DNA of 64,000 nt, taken from NCBI GenBank assembly GCA_963779425.1, contig CAVZYD010000006.1, positions 372,447 through 436,446 on the forward strand, in the 5' to 3' direction. This DNA comes from an uncultured Acidimicrobiaceae bacterium (GTDB taxonomy: Bacteria; Actinomycetota; Acidimicrobiia; Acidimicrobiales; Bog-793). A program made the position numbers and the translations under genes. The notes under the pieces are model-generated. The model was not told the DNA's origin and did no database searches. It saw only the letters and a program-made list of their open reading frames with translations. Position 1 is the first letter of the stretch; every line of letters starts with the position of its first letter. Of this stretch, positions 18,181-26,947 are shown one piece after another.

Positions 18181-18956
18181 CCGAGCTCTACCTCTCCGGT
18201 CTGGAACTGACCGGGAGGCAGCTGCCAGATGCCCTGGCTGAAGCTGATCGGGTCGATCTCGCCCGCCACGCAACCGCCCGTGTTCCCTGTGTTGTCGGAG
18301 AGGGTGTAGCCCTGGCCCTCCCCGGCACCGCCAAAGCCCAAGTTGTGCTCGGCCGAGACTCCCGGCGAAGTCGTGTTGAGCTCGAAGGCGGTGTAGGAAC
18401 AGGCCGGCTTCGGCAAGGCCCCGATGAAGAACGAGACCCCGTTCACGACCTGGACCTGAGGTGTGGGCAGAGCCGTCCCGGGCGTGAAGCTGTCGATTTG
18501 GCCGACGCTCAGGTCGATCTTGGCGAGGCCCGGGTAGCCGACGACGCCGTAGACGATCGCCTCCGGGCCGACGTCGAGCATCTCGAGCTCGGCCGGGTTC
18601 GGGTATCCGGGACACAGCCCGTACTCCCGCCCGTCAAGCACGAGGCCCCCGTTCTCTAGAGCCGTGGCTCCTGACTGGCCCTTGGCGGACCAAAGGCTCC
18701 AGCTGTAACCGGCCACCGTGCCGCTCGCCACCTTGGTCGCCGAGCTCATCAGCGCCGCCGGTGAGCCGCTCCGGACCGCGGCAAAGGTCGCGGACATCCC
18801 GAGAAGCGCCACGGCAAGAACAGTCACCCGGACGGACCTGCGACGTGCGATGCCCAATGTTCGGACCTCGCGGTGAGCCTCGGGTCCGGTTAGGTCTTCG
18901 GAAACCTCAGTGGGCGACGCGATGCCGGCCGTCGTTCCATATTCTAACTCAGGCAC
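18177..18956 (-). CDS. Hypothetical exported or membrane-anchored protein
   Basis: RBS AGGGAGG before GTG 18956. RRR plus a hydrophobic segment, then a Gly-rich beta-type domain with three Cys. No family recognised. Confidence 0.6.
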   Translation of the reverse strand: MPELEYGTTAGIASPTEVSEDLTGPEAHREVRTLGIARRRSVRVTVLAVALLGMSATFAAVRSGSPAALMSSATKVASGTVAGYSWSLWSAKGQSGATALENGGLVLDGREYGLCPGYPNPAELEMLDVGPEAIVYGVVGYPGLAKIDLSVGQIDSFTPGTALPTPQVQVVNGVSFFIGALPKPACSYTAFELNTTSPGVSAEHNLGFGGAGEGQGYTLSDNTGNTGGCVAGEIDPISFSQGIWQLPPGQFQTGEVELG

Positions 18957-19364
18957 AAAAGCCTCCCTTCTTAAAGTTGGCAGTTGAGCACACCAGGAAC
19001 CAGAGTCATTGCAGCACAAAGACGAGAAACACAAGCTCGCATTGACACGTGAGTTCGTAGAAACGATAAGGACGGGAGCATCAGCCACACCACAAAATGG
19101 CCTCGAACTCGTCCCCCCACCCCGACGTGGACGCTATAGACTGGCCAGAAGTATGGCGGAAGCCGTTAGAGTCCCATGAGGTGCAAAGGACACAATGGTT
19201 CGCACGCCGCGGGGCGCTCCAAGAATGACAATCCGACGGTTAGTAACTGCCCGTTGTTGGTCGGTTTGGAAGCATCATGCCAAGCGATGGTTGCATGGTA
19301 CGCATCGGAACGCGCCGTGCGCGCGCGGGCAGTCACCCAATAAAACGCTGCTAATAGTTGCGTC

Positions 19365-19958
19365 TTACTTGCGAGCCGATATCGCTTGCACGACTACGTA
19401 CAGATTGTGGCGACCGACGACTTCGAGGCCCGCGGCTCGTACCAACGAACTTGCTCCGGCGATCGTGCGGACACGACCTCTGTGTCCGAGGAGAAGGGTC
19501 GGGACCATCCAGATCGAGAACAGGTCGGCCAGCACCAGGTGCCCTTTCGGTCGCAGCACTCTGGCGATCTCGGCGATGCCCGCCCGCTGGTCGGTCCAGT
19601 GGTCGAAAGAGGTCGTGGAGATCACGAGATCGAACCGATCGTCGCCAAACGGGAGCGCCTCTGCCACCCCAGGTTGGACTGACACACGGTCGCAGGCAGA
19701 GTTTGCCGTGGCTTGTTCGACCATGTGCGGGGCGGGGTCGATGCCGGCGAGCTCCGCCTCGGGCAGCCGGGCTGCCAACTGCCGCAACAGGTAGCCGGTG
19801 CCGCACCCGACATCGAGTACCCGTTGAGGCCGCGGATCCGCGGAGAGAGCGATGTCCGCAACCTTGTCGGCGATGTCACGGTGCAGCCGGCCCAGCCAGC
19901 CCGTCTCGTAGGTAGGAGCCCTCTTGTCGAAGTCGCCGACGTCTCGGTCGTAAGACAC
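19365..19958 (-). CDS. Class I SAM-dependent methyltransferase (UbiE/Methyltransf_11-like)
   Basis: VLDVGCGTG, AEALPFGDDRFDLV, EIARVLRPKG. Confidence 0.88.
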   Translation of the reverse strand: MSYDRDVGDFDKRAPTYETGWLGRLHRDIADKVADIALSADPRPQRVLDVGCGTGYLLRQLAARLPEAELAGIDPAPHMVEQATANSACDRVSVQPGVAEALPFGDDRFDLVISTTSFDHWTDQRAGIAEIARVLRPKGHLVLADLFSIWMVPTLLLGHRGRVRTIAGASSLVRAAGLEVVGRHNLYVVVQAISARK

Positions 19959-20014
19959 AAGCCATCATGGCACCGAAGCAGTTTCCGGCGGCCGATGGCG
20001 GGCATCATGGTGAT

Positions 20015-20377
20015 ATGTCAGACGACGAGAAAGCGCTTGAACCCGAAGACCTCACCCGCCTTTTCGTAAAGCGGGCCAATGCGGCCGACGCGGTAGGTAT
20101 CGCGGCGCTTTACGAGGAGGACGCCGTGATGGCCTATCCGCCTGGCCAGCAAACCATTGGGCGGGAAGCCATCCAGGCCCTCTGGGAGAAGGTGCTTTCG
20201 AGCAAACCCCATTTCGAACAGGAACCATCGCTGCCGACCCTGTCGTCCGGCGATATCGCTCTTACCTCCACAGTCGCTAAGGACGGCACCGGTGCCCGTG
20301 CCCAGGTGGTTCGTAGGCAGTCTGACGGCACCTGGAAGCGCCTGTTGGACCAACCTGAACTGACTCCGGCGGATTGA
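20015..20377 (+). CDS. NTF2/SnoaL-like (YybH-type) protein
   Basis: PEDLTRLFVKRANAAD..LYEEDAV..GREAI..QVVRRQSDGTW..LDQP. Confidence 0.8.
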   Translation: MSDDEKALEPEDLTRLFVKRANAADAVGIAALYEEDAVMAYPPGQQTIGREAIQALWEKVLSSKPHFEQEPSLPTLSSGDIALTSTVAKDGTGARAQVVRRQSDGTWKRLLDQPELTPAD

Positions 20378-20503
20378 GTCGTCCGCGGCGCTCCCAATCG
20401 GAATCGGCGTCCAGGTCCCACAGGCGCCAATCCGGTCTCGCGGGCAACGGCAGAGTGGCCGGGCTCAACTTTTCGGAGACACACGGCATTAGCGTCGCCC
20501 TCG

Positions 20504-21529
20504 ATGAGCGACAACGCGGAGACCCTCCTTAGGGCTGAGCGGGTGGCGGAGGAGATCCTTTTTCCTGGCGCCCTTGAGACCGACGCAAGTCCCGTCGTAC
20601 CTCTCGACAGGCTCGACGCGTTGGCGGCGGAGGGCCTCTACGGCCTGTTCGGGCCAGTCGAGGCCGGTGGGCTCGGCGCTGATCCGGTCACCGGGGCCGA
20701 GGTGACCGAGATTCTCGCTGGAGCGTGCCTGACGAGTTCGTTCGTCTGGACCCAGCATCACAGTGCCGTACTAGCCGTTGCCGGCGCCCAATCGGAGACC
20801 TTGCGGGACCAGTGGCTGACCCCGCTTTGTCGGGGCGACCTGCGAGCCGGAGTCGCCTTTGCCGGATTGCGACGTCCAGGCCCGCCCATCTTGACGGCGC
20901 GCCCAACTGCCGGGGGCTGGGTTCTGCAAGGCAACGCGCCCTGGGTGACCGGGTGGGGGCGCATCGACGTGGTGCACACCGCCGCCCGCGACCTCGAAGG
21001 CAACGTCGTGTGGCTGTTGGTTGATGCCACCGAGTCTCCGACCCTGGCCGTGGAACGGCTCCAACTCGCCGCCGTGAACGCCAGTGCGACGGTTAGCGCC
21101 AGCTTCGAGGCCCACGAGGTCTCCGCCGACCGGCTGACACTGACCGAGCCCTTCGACGCCTGGCTCGCCCGCGACGCGAGCGGGCTCGCCCGCAACGGAT
21201 CGTTCCCGCTCGGGGTCGCACGTCGCTGCTCGGCCCTCATCGGCCCGGAGCTGTTCGCCCCCGAGATAGCTGCCTGCCGTCGGCTCTTGCACGCTCCGAC
21301 ATCCGAGAGCGTGGTCGAGGCGCGCTGTTGGGCGGCCGAGCTCGCCGTGCGCGCCGCCTCTGCCCTTGTCGCTCACGGAGGCGGAAGATCCCTACTCACA
21401 AATGCGCAGGCGCAGCGCCTCGCCCGCGAGGCGATGTTTCTCCTTGTCTTCGGCCAGACACCCTCGATCAGGCAAGTCCAACTGCACAGGTTCGGGCGGG
21501 CGTTTGACGCGATCGCCCTTCAGCTTTAG
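20504..21529 (+). CDS. Acyl-CoA dehydrogenase family flavoprotein
   Basis: LAAEGLYGL..GGLG, FVWTQHH, GNAPWVTGWG, GGGRSL..AQRLAREAMF. Confidence 0.8.
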   Translation: MSDNAETLLRAERVAEEILFPGALETDASPVVPLDRLDALAAEGLYGLFGPVEAGGLGADPVTGAEVTEILAGACLTSSFVWTQHHSAVLAVAGAQSETLRDQWLTPLCRGDLRAGVAFAGLRRPGPPILTARPTAGGWVLQGNAPWVTGWGRIDVVHTAARDLEGNVVWLLVDATESPTLAVERLQLAAVNASATVSASFEAHEVSADRLTLTEPFDAWLARDASGLARNGSFPLGVARRCSALIGPELFAPEIAACRRLLHAPTSESVVEARCWAAELAVRAASALVAHGGGRSLLTNAQAQRLAREAMFLLVFGQTPSIRQVQLHRFGRAFDAIALQL

Positions 21530-23139
21530 CTACTTGCCCCTGAAAAACCCGACTTGAACCGTAAGCGTCATCGAGGCCGATCTGCGGGTTGTGGCGCGCG
21601 AGACAATTGGCGATCTCAACGAATCGCCAGCTCGGGTTCTGCCGATGATTCTCATCTCGCACTCGCCAAGGCGGCGATCTTGACGAGATTGTGGTTGAAA
21701 ACCCCGTAGCCGCACCAGGTCTTCGTTCCTTCGAGTCCGTCGATCAGGGTCCTGTTCCAGCCGAAGTCGCGTTTGAGACAGCTGATCCGTCCTTCGCTCC
21801 CGGTCCTCCAGCGGACCAGCTCTTGGAACGCGTCCTCGTTCTCGATCACTCGGCGAGCGGCGCTCGGTTTGCCCCTGGTCGGGAGCACCACTTGTTGCAC
21901 ACCCAGCTCGCTGAGCGCGTCGCCGACAGCTGACTCGCCGTAGCCGCGGTCGGCGGTCACCGCTTGTGGGACCTCGCCGGCGCGCTCGCTGACGGCTTCG
22001 ACGGCCGGGACGAGCATGGGGGCATCGGGTGGGTTGCCGATGAAGACCGCGTGGTCGAGCACGACGCCATCTTCGTTGTCCACGACCTGGGCCTTGTAGC
22101 CGAACTCGACGGGCTTTCCGAGACGCCCCTTGCGGATCGGACGAGCATCGGCATCATGCAGCGAGACGAGGCGGCTAGACCCATCAGGAACCTGACCAGC
22201 CAGGCGTTGACGAGTCTGGCGGGCGATGCGGGCCACCTGCTCGGCGGTGACATCGAGGTCGCGGGCAACGAACTCGAGTCGTCGTGGTGCAGCTGTTCCG
22301 AGCTGGCGCAGCTTGCGCCGTGCATTGACCGCCACCTGGCGCGCCTCACCAACGGCCTCTGAGGCGATGCGGGCCATGCGGGCGTTGATCGCCATGACCT
22401 CGTCTTTTGCCTCCTCGGTGCGTCGGCGCAGGTTGGCGCCGATCGAGCGGGCGTGACGACGGACCAGCTGGGTGCGGTCCCGGGTCGCGATACGCGGAGC
22501 GAGGCCGCCGGCCTTCAGGCGTTCGACCGCTTTCGCCATCTTGGCCACCCCCTTGGCGAGGAGTCCTGAGTCGGTCGGATAGGCGACGTTGGCGGGCACG
22601 ACGGTGGTGTCGGCCCGGACCCGGTTGGTCTTCAAAACCTTGGCCCCGAAGGCACGGGCCAAGAGGGCTTCGTTCAGACCCTCGACCGCCGAAGGCCCAC
22701 ACCGGGTCGTGATCTTCATCAGTGTCGTCGGATGCGGGACAGCCACTCCGAGGGGGATCCGGCAGAAACGTTGCCAGGAGATGGAGTCGGCCACTTCCCG
22801 GCAGAGCGGCTCAAAACCGAGCCGGTAACGGTACTTCAAGAACATGAGCCGCAGGTAGGTCTCGATCGGCACCGAGGGCCGACCGAGGACGGCATGGAAG
22901 TGAGCCCGGAACAGCTTGAAAAAGGCGGCATCGTCGAGCAGCCGATCCACCGCCTCCAGCTCAGCAGGCATTCCGAGACACATCTCGGGGAGGAGCGCTT
23001 CCCACAAGGTGGGCTGCGCGTTTACCGTTCTCAACATGGTGGCCTCGATCCGTACTAGTCCTACGGGTCGGGGCCATCATCGCCGATCGGCGCTCTAATC
23101 AGGGGGATCCCATCGCTGACTTTTTCAGGGGGAAGTAGC
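21529..23139. mobile_element. Complete insertion sequence (IS5-like/ISNCY DDE type), 1611 bp, 19-bp terminal inverted repeats, TA target duplication
   Basis: Left end GCTACTTGCCCCTGAAAAA (21529-21547) versus right end TTTTTCAGGGGGAAGTAGC (23121-23139), one mismatch. TA at 21527-28 and 23140-41. Confidence 0.88.
21652..23037 (-). CDS. DDE transposase (InsH N-terminal/DUF772-like plus DDE_Tnp_1-like)
   Basis: GRPSVP..LRLMFLK..SWQRFC..PHPTTL, RADTTV, GKPVEFGYK, TADRGY, RWRTGSEGRISCLKR. Confidence 0.92.
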   Translation of the reverse strand: MLRTVNAQPTLWEALLPEMCLGMPAELEAVDRLLDDAAFFKLFRAHFHAVLGRPSVPIETYLRLMFLKYRYRLGFEPLCREVADSISWQRFCRIPLGVAVPHPTTLMKITTRCGPSAVEGLNEALLARAFGAKVLKTNRVRADTTVVPANVAYPTDSGLLAKGVAKMAKAVERLKAGGLAPRIATRDRTQLVRRHARSIGANLRRRTEEAKDEVMAINARMARIASEAVGEARQVAVNARRKLRQLGTAAPRRLEFVARDLDVTAEQVARIARQTRQRLAGQVPDGSSRLVSLHDADARPIRKGRLGKPVEFGYKAQVVDNEDGVVLDHAVFIGNPPDAPMLVPAVEAVSERAGEVPQAVTADRGYGESAVGDALSELGVQQVVLPTRGKPSAARRVIENEDAFQELVRWRTGSEGRISCLKRDFGWNRTLIDGLEGTKTWCGYGVFNHNLVKIAALASAR

Positions 23140-23184
23140 TAGATCTGCCGAAGACGACCCGGCCACGACGCAGGTCAAGGTTTG

Positions 23185-23293
23185 AAAGGTGGTGAGGGCG
23201 CCGACCCGTCGATGCGGACGTCGGCACCCTCTCCACCGCGGTACCCGGCGTCTGACCCCCCGGTGGCGCCAGGTACGGCCTTCCAAGTGAAGT
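23185..23293 (-). ncRNA. Candidate small RNA (two hairpins, own promoter, terminator-like end)
   Basis: Minus strand TTGACG-17bp-TACGGT (23328-23300), hairpins 23276-23241 and 23237-23188, then TTT. No convincing ORF. Confidence 0.35.
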
Positions 23294-23399
23294 GTGGATA
23301 CCGTATTCGCCGATCGGGGCGCCGTCAACAGGTCGACTCTTCGCGACGTGGTCTTCTTAGTCCCCCGCTACCTTCGCACCGCCCCGGCGAGGGACCAGC

Positions 23400-25172
23400 T
23401 CAGGAGAACAGCGGCTCCAAGGAGAGCACTGCCTCGAGGGCTTCGGGGGCGATCGGGTGTGAGAACAGCGATCCCTGGCCGAAGCGGCACTGCTCTTTTT
23501 GCAGGCTCGCGAGCTGCCATCCCTGATCGATCCCCTCGGCGAACGTCTTGACACCGAGCGTTCGGCAAGTCTCCAAGACAGCGTGCACGGTGCCGATAGC
23601 CTCGGGCGAGTCAGCCATGGCCGCGACGAGGGACTGGTCGATCTTGAGGGCGCCGATGGGGAGCCGCTGCAGGAGATCGGTTGAAGCGTCGGCGCCGAAG
23701 CCGTCTATGGCGACGAGCACACCGAGCTCTTTCAGCTCTTGGAGGCGATGTGCCACCTCGTCGGTGACCTGCGACAAGCTCGACTGCGCGACGTCGATTA
23801 TGAGCGATGCGGGCTCGAGGGCTGCTGAGGAGAGTGCGTCTTGGAGCCGTTCGACGAAGTCGTCGGCCATCAACTGGCGCACGGAGACATTGACCGACAT
23901 CGTCAGCTCGTGGCCGCGCCGGTGCCAGGCGACAGCCTGCCGGCAAGCCTGCTTGAGCGCCCAGGATCCGACCGAGACGACCATCTCGGTGCTGGCCAGC
24001 ACGGGCAGGAAGTACTCGGGGTCCACGACTCCGCGGACGGGGTGCCTCCAGCGCAAGAAGGCTTCCGCCCCCCACACCCCAGCGCTGTTCAATTCGAACA
24101 CGGGTTGGTAGACGAGGAAGAACTGCTCTTCTTGGAGCGCCTCGCGCAGATCCGTCTCGAGCTCGAGCCGCTCCATGGCGGCGGACTTCATCTCGGGCCT
24201 GAAGCGGACGTGGCAGTTCCTTCCCTGCGCTTTGGCCTGGCAAAGGGCGATAGCGGCGTCGCGAAGCAGGTCGTCCGGTTCGTCGCTCTCGTTCGTGGCA
24301 ATCCCGATGCTGGCGGTCACCGAGACCGGGGTGTCGTCGAAGCCCTCGATGACGAACGGCTCCTTCAAGGCGTCCATCAGCCTTTCGGCGAGCAGCTCCG
24401 GCCCTCCAGAAAGTGACAGTCCATCAGCTAGAATGATGAATTCGTCGCCACTCGGCCTTCCTATGGTGTCGCTTGCGCGCAGAACCCCCATGAGACGGAG
24501 CGCCACGGCCTTCAACAGCTCGTCGCCGGCTTCTTTGCCGAGTTTGTCGTTGATGGTCTTGAAGTGGTCCAGATCGACAACGAGGGACGCCACGAGCTGG
24601 TGCTCCCGTGCCGAGCGCAGCAGGACCTGCTGGAGGCGGTCGCGGATGAGCGTCCGGTCCGGCAGGCATGTGAGGGCGTCGTGCCCCGACCGCTTGCGGC
24701 GTGTATGGGGCTCACCGCCCAGGTTGAGCGGTTCGGAGTCTTTGTGCTCGGAAAGGTCGAAGATCACACCGTCTATCCACAGCGGCAGCCCGTCGGGGCC
24801 TGGGACGCTCCGGCCATGCTCGGCGACCCATTTGTAGGTGCCGGTGGCGTCGACGAGCCGGTACTCGACTGAGAACGAGCCCTCTCGGCGCAGCGCATCT
24901 CGGACAACCTCGATCACGTGCGCCCGGTCCTCGACACAGATGATCGATTCGTAGGAGCGCAGGCTGTCCAAGGTGAAGTCGGTCGCCGGGTAACCGGTGA
25001 GCACTTCGATGTGATCGCTGATAAACAGCATTGCCCAAGGTTCGGCGCACTCGCGGCGGTAAACGGCGCCGGGGAGATTGAGGACAAGGGACCGGAACTG
25101 CTCTTCGCTCCCGTGCTCGGTCACCACCTCGCTTGGCACCGCCGTCGACTCAAACAACGAGCGAAAGTTCAT
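23400..25172 (-). CDS. PAS-GGDEF-EAL protein with degenerate motifs
   Basis: PAS/PAC (NLPGAVYR..EYRL..WV.EHG), DLDHFKTIND..GDELL, SGDEF, EAL region YQP..EAFLRW..DGFG..KID. Start estimated. Confidence 0.88.
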   Translation of the reverse strand: MNFRSLFESTAVPSEVVTEHGSEEQFRSLVLNLPGAVYRRECAEPWAMLFISDHIEVLTGYPATDFTLDSLRSYESIICVEDRAHVIEVVRDALRREGSFSVEYRLVDATGTYKWVAEHGRSVPGPDGLPLWIDGVIFDLSEHKDSEPLNLGGEPHTRRKRSGHDALTCLPDRTLIRDRLQQVLLRSAREHQLVASLVVDLDHFKTINDKLGKEAGDELLKAVALRLMGVLRASDTIGRPSGDEFIILADGLSLSGGPELLAERLMDALKEPFVIEGFDDTPVSVTASIGIATNESDEPDDLLRDAAIALCQAKAQGRNCHVRFRPEMKSAAMERLELETDLREALQEEQFFLVYQPVFELNSAGVWGAEAFLRWRHPVRGVVDPEYFLPVLASTEMVVSVGSWALKQACRQAVAWHRRGHELTMSVNVSVRQLMADDFVERLQDALSSAALEPASLIIDVAQSSLSQVTDEVAHRLQELKELGVLVAIDGFGADASTDLLQRLPIGALKIDQSLVAAMADSPEAIGTVHAVLETCRTLGVKTFAEGIDQGWQLASLQKEQCRFGQGSLFSHPIAPEALEAVLSLEPLFS

Positions 25173-25180
25173 CTCCAGAA

Positions 25181-25207
25181 TTGTCGACGCCAACTGCGGG
25201 AACTTGA
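25181..25207 (-). promoter_or_regulatory. Putative sigma28 (FliA/WhiG)-type promoter
   Basis: Minus strand TCAA-N15-GTCGACAA versus consensus TAAA-N15-GCCGATAA, just upstream of the PAS-GGDEF-EAL gene. Confidence 0.4.
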
Positions 25208-25243
25208 CCCCTTGAAAAGGCAAAAATGCGCAATCTCAGGTTT

Positions 25244-26701
25244 TCAATCCGACGGGACGAAGACCGAGCCCACGGGACGGCGGCCGATGCCGCCGTTTTC
25301 GAGAAGGAAGCTCGTGAGGTTGCGGTCCGCGTGCTCGGCTCTCCAGGTGAGCATCGATTGTGCGTAAGCGAGCACCCGCGCGGGATCGTCGACCTCGGTT
25401 CTCCAGGTGGGGTCGACCTCGAGGTCATAGCAGCGCCATGAACCGTCTCCGAATTGGACGTAAGCCGCGTCCTCGAATCTCCGCACGGCGAGGTTGGCTT
25501 GCTCCATGTGCCGGTCCCAGGGCCAGTCGAAGGCACCGCCGGGAAGGCTGAAGCAGCGCCAGTCGAACTCCCAGGCCGCCGCCTCGCGCCACCATGGCGG
25601 AGGGCGCCCTTCGAGAAAAGGCGTTAGGGGCAAGCCGTCGCACTGCGCCGGGATCTCGAGTTGCAGCGCATCGCAGATCGTGGGGAAAAAGTCGATGTTC
25701 TCGGTGAAGGCGCCGACCACAGAGCCGTGCGCAGCGACAAGGCCGGGGGCACGGATGATGCCGGGTATCCGGTAACTCTCCTCGAAGTAGCCCAGCTTGC
25801 CGACAAGGCCGTGATCTCCGAGTTGCTCGCCGTGGTCCGAGGTCAGCAGGACGAAGGTGTCGTCCCACTGCCCAAGTCGCTCCAGGGCGTCCCAGATCCG
25901 GCCGAGCTGGGCATCGACGTCTCCGATCATCCCGTAGTACTGGGCCCGCATGCGCCGCAGGCTCGCCTCATCACCCGGAGCCGCTGCCTCGGGGAGACGG
26001 AGGGCCGCTTGGTGGAAGTAGTGGGGATTCAGCTCAGGGGCTATCGGCATGTCGACGTCGTCCGGGTCGTAGGCGAGCGCCCAGCGGCCTGCGGCGGCGT
26101 AGGGGGGATGAGGCCTCAGGTAGCTCAGGTGGGCGAACCAGGGCCGGTCCTGGTGCTCGAGCCACTCGAGGTACCGGTTGGTGACAAAGGCGGAGACGCC
26201 TACGTCCTCGGGCCTGTCGGGCTCTGTGGCGAGCACCTCATCGGCTGAGGAGGCCACGTCGTAGCCGAGCTCGAGGAGCCAGTTGACCCAGGGGCCGTAC
26301 TGTCCGGTGAGGTCGAGGGCGACACTGAAACCAGGCAGCACGCCTTCGTAGCTGGAAAGTCGCGGATCGTCCGGTGAGCGCACGGTGCGCGGATCGACGC
26401 CCTGGTCTGTGTATCCGAAGAGCACGGGTTCGAACCCGGCCCGCCGAGCGGCCCGTGCCAGGTTGTCGAGTCTGTCGTCGAGCGGGGTGCCGTTGGCGAC
26501 GACCCGGTTGTTCATCTGGTAGGTGCCCGTGTACAAGCACGCCCGTCCCGGTGAGCATGGCGCAGCCTGGCTGTAGTGGCGGGCGAGGCGCACGCCCGAG
26601 GCGGCCAGCCGGTCCAGGTTCGGGGTACGGACGACGCCATGGCCCGCAGCTGACAAGCAGTCGCCCCGGAACTGGTCCAGCGTCACCAAGAGCAGGTTCA
26701 C
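25244..26701 (-). CDS. Alkaline phosphatase superfamily sulfatase-like enzyme, phosphonate monoester hydrolase/phosphodiesterase (PMH) type
   Basis: NLLLVTLDQFRGD, formylglycine motif CSPGR, MNNRVVANGTPLD, GYTD..DPR..DDPR, RPHPPY, SDHGE..GKLGY. RBS GGAGG before GTG 26701. Confidence 0.8.
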   Translation of the reverse strand: MNLLLVTLDQFRGDCLSAAGHGVVRTPNLDRLAASGVRLARHYSQAAPCSPGRACLYTGTYQMNNRVVANGTPLDDRLDNLARAARRAGFEPVLFGYTDQGVDPRTVRSPDDPRLSSYEGVLPGFSVALDLTGQYGPWVNWLLELGYDVASSADEVLATEPDRPEDVGVSAFVTNRYLEWLEHQDRPWFAHLSYLRPHPPYAAAGRWALAYDPDDVDMPIAPELNPHYFHQAALRLPEAAAPGDEASLRRMRAQYYGMIGDVDAQLGRIWDALERLGQWDDTFVLLTSDHGEQLGDHGLVGKLGYFEESYRIPGIIRAPGLVAAHGSVVGAFTENIDFFPTICDALQLEIPAQCDGLPLTPFLEGRPPPWWREAAAWEFDWRCFSLPGGAFDWPWDRHMEQANLAVRRFEDAAYVQFGDGSWRCYDLEVDPTWRTEVDDPARVLAYAQSMLTWRAEHADRNLTSFLLENGGIGRRPVGSVFVPSD

Positions 26702-26872
26702 TCGGCCTCCAAGTGCGAGTCTCGCCCATTTCAACAAACAGCAGGAGCCGGAGCGTACAACGCCAGGTCAGCACGGTCGCAGCCAAGGCCAAAGAGGCCC
26801 GGAGCCGGCCGCCTGCGTAGGCCCTCGAAGCCGTTGCGCTGCGTCGTCACGCTGGGCGGCATTGCCGGGCTC

Positions 26873-26900
26873 TCAAGTGTCGTCAGCGTGAGGACGATGA
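26873..26900 (+). promoter_or_regulatory. Putative sigma28-type promoter
   Basis: TCAA-N16-GACGATGA upstream of the stand-alone EAL gene. Confidence 0.3.
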
Positions 26901-26947
26901 ATAGATGTGGAATCCGAGGTAAGCCGGGCACCGGGTGAGAAAGGGGT

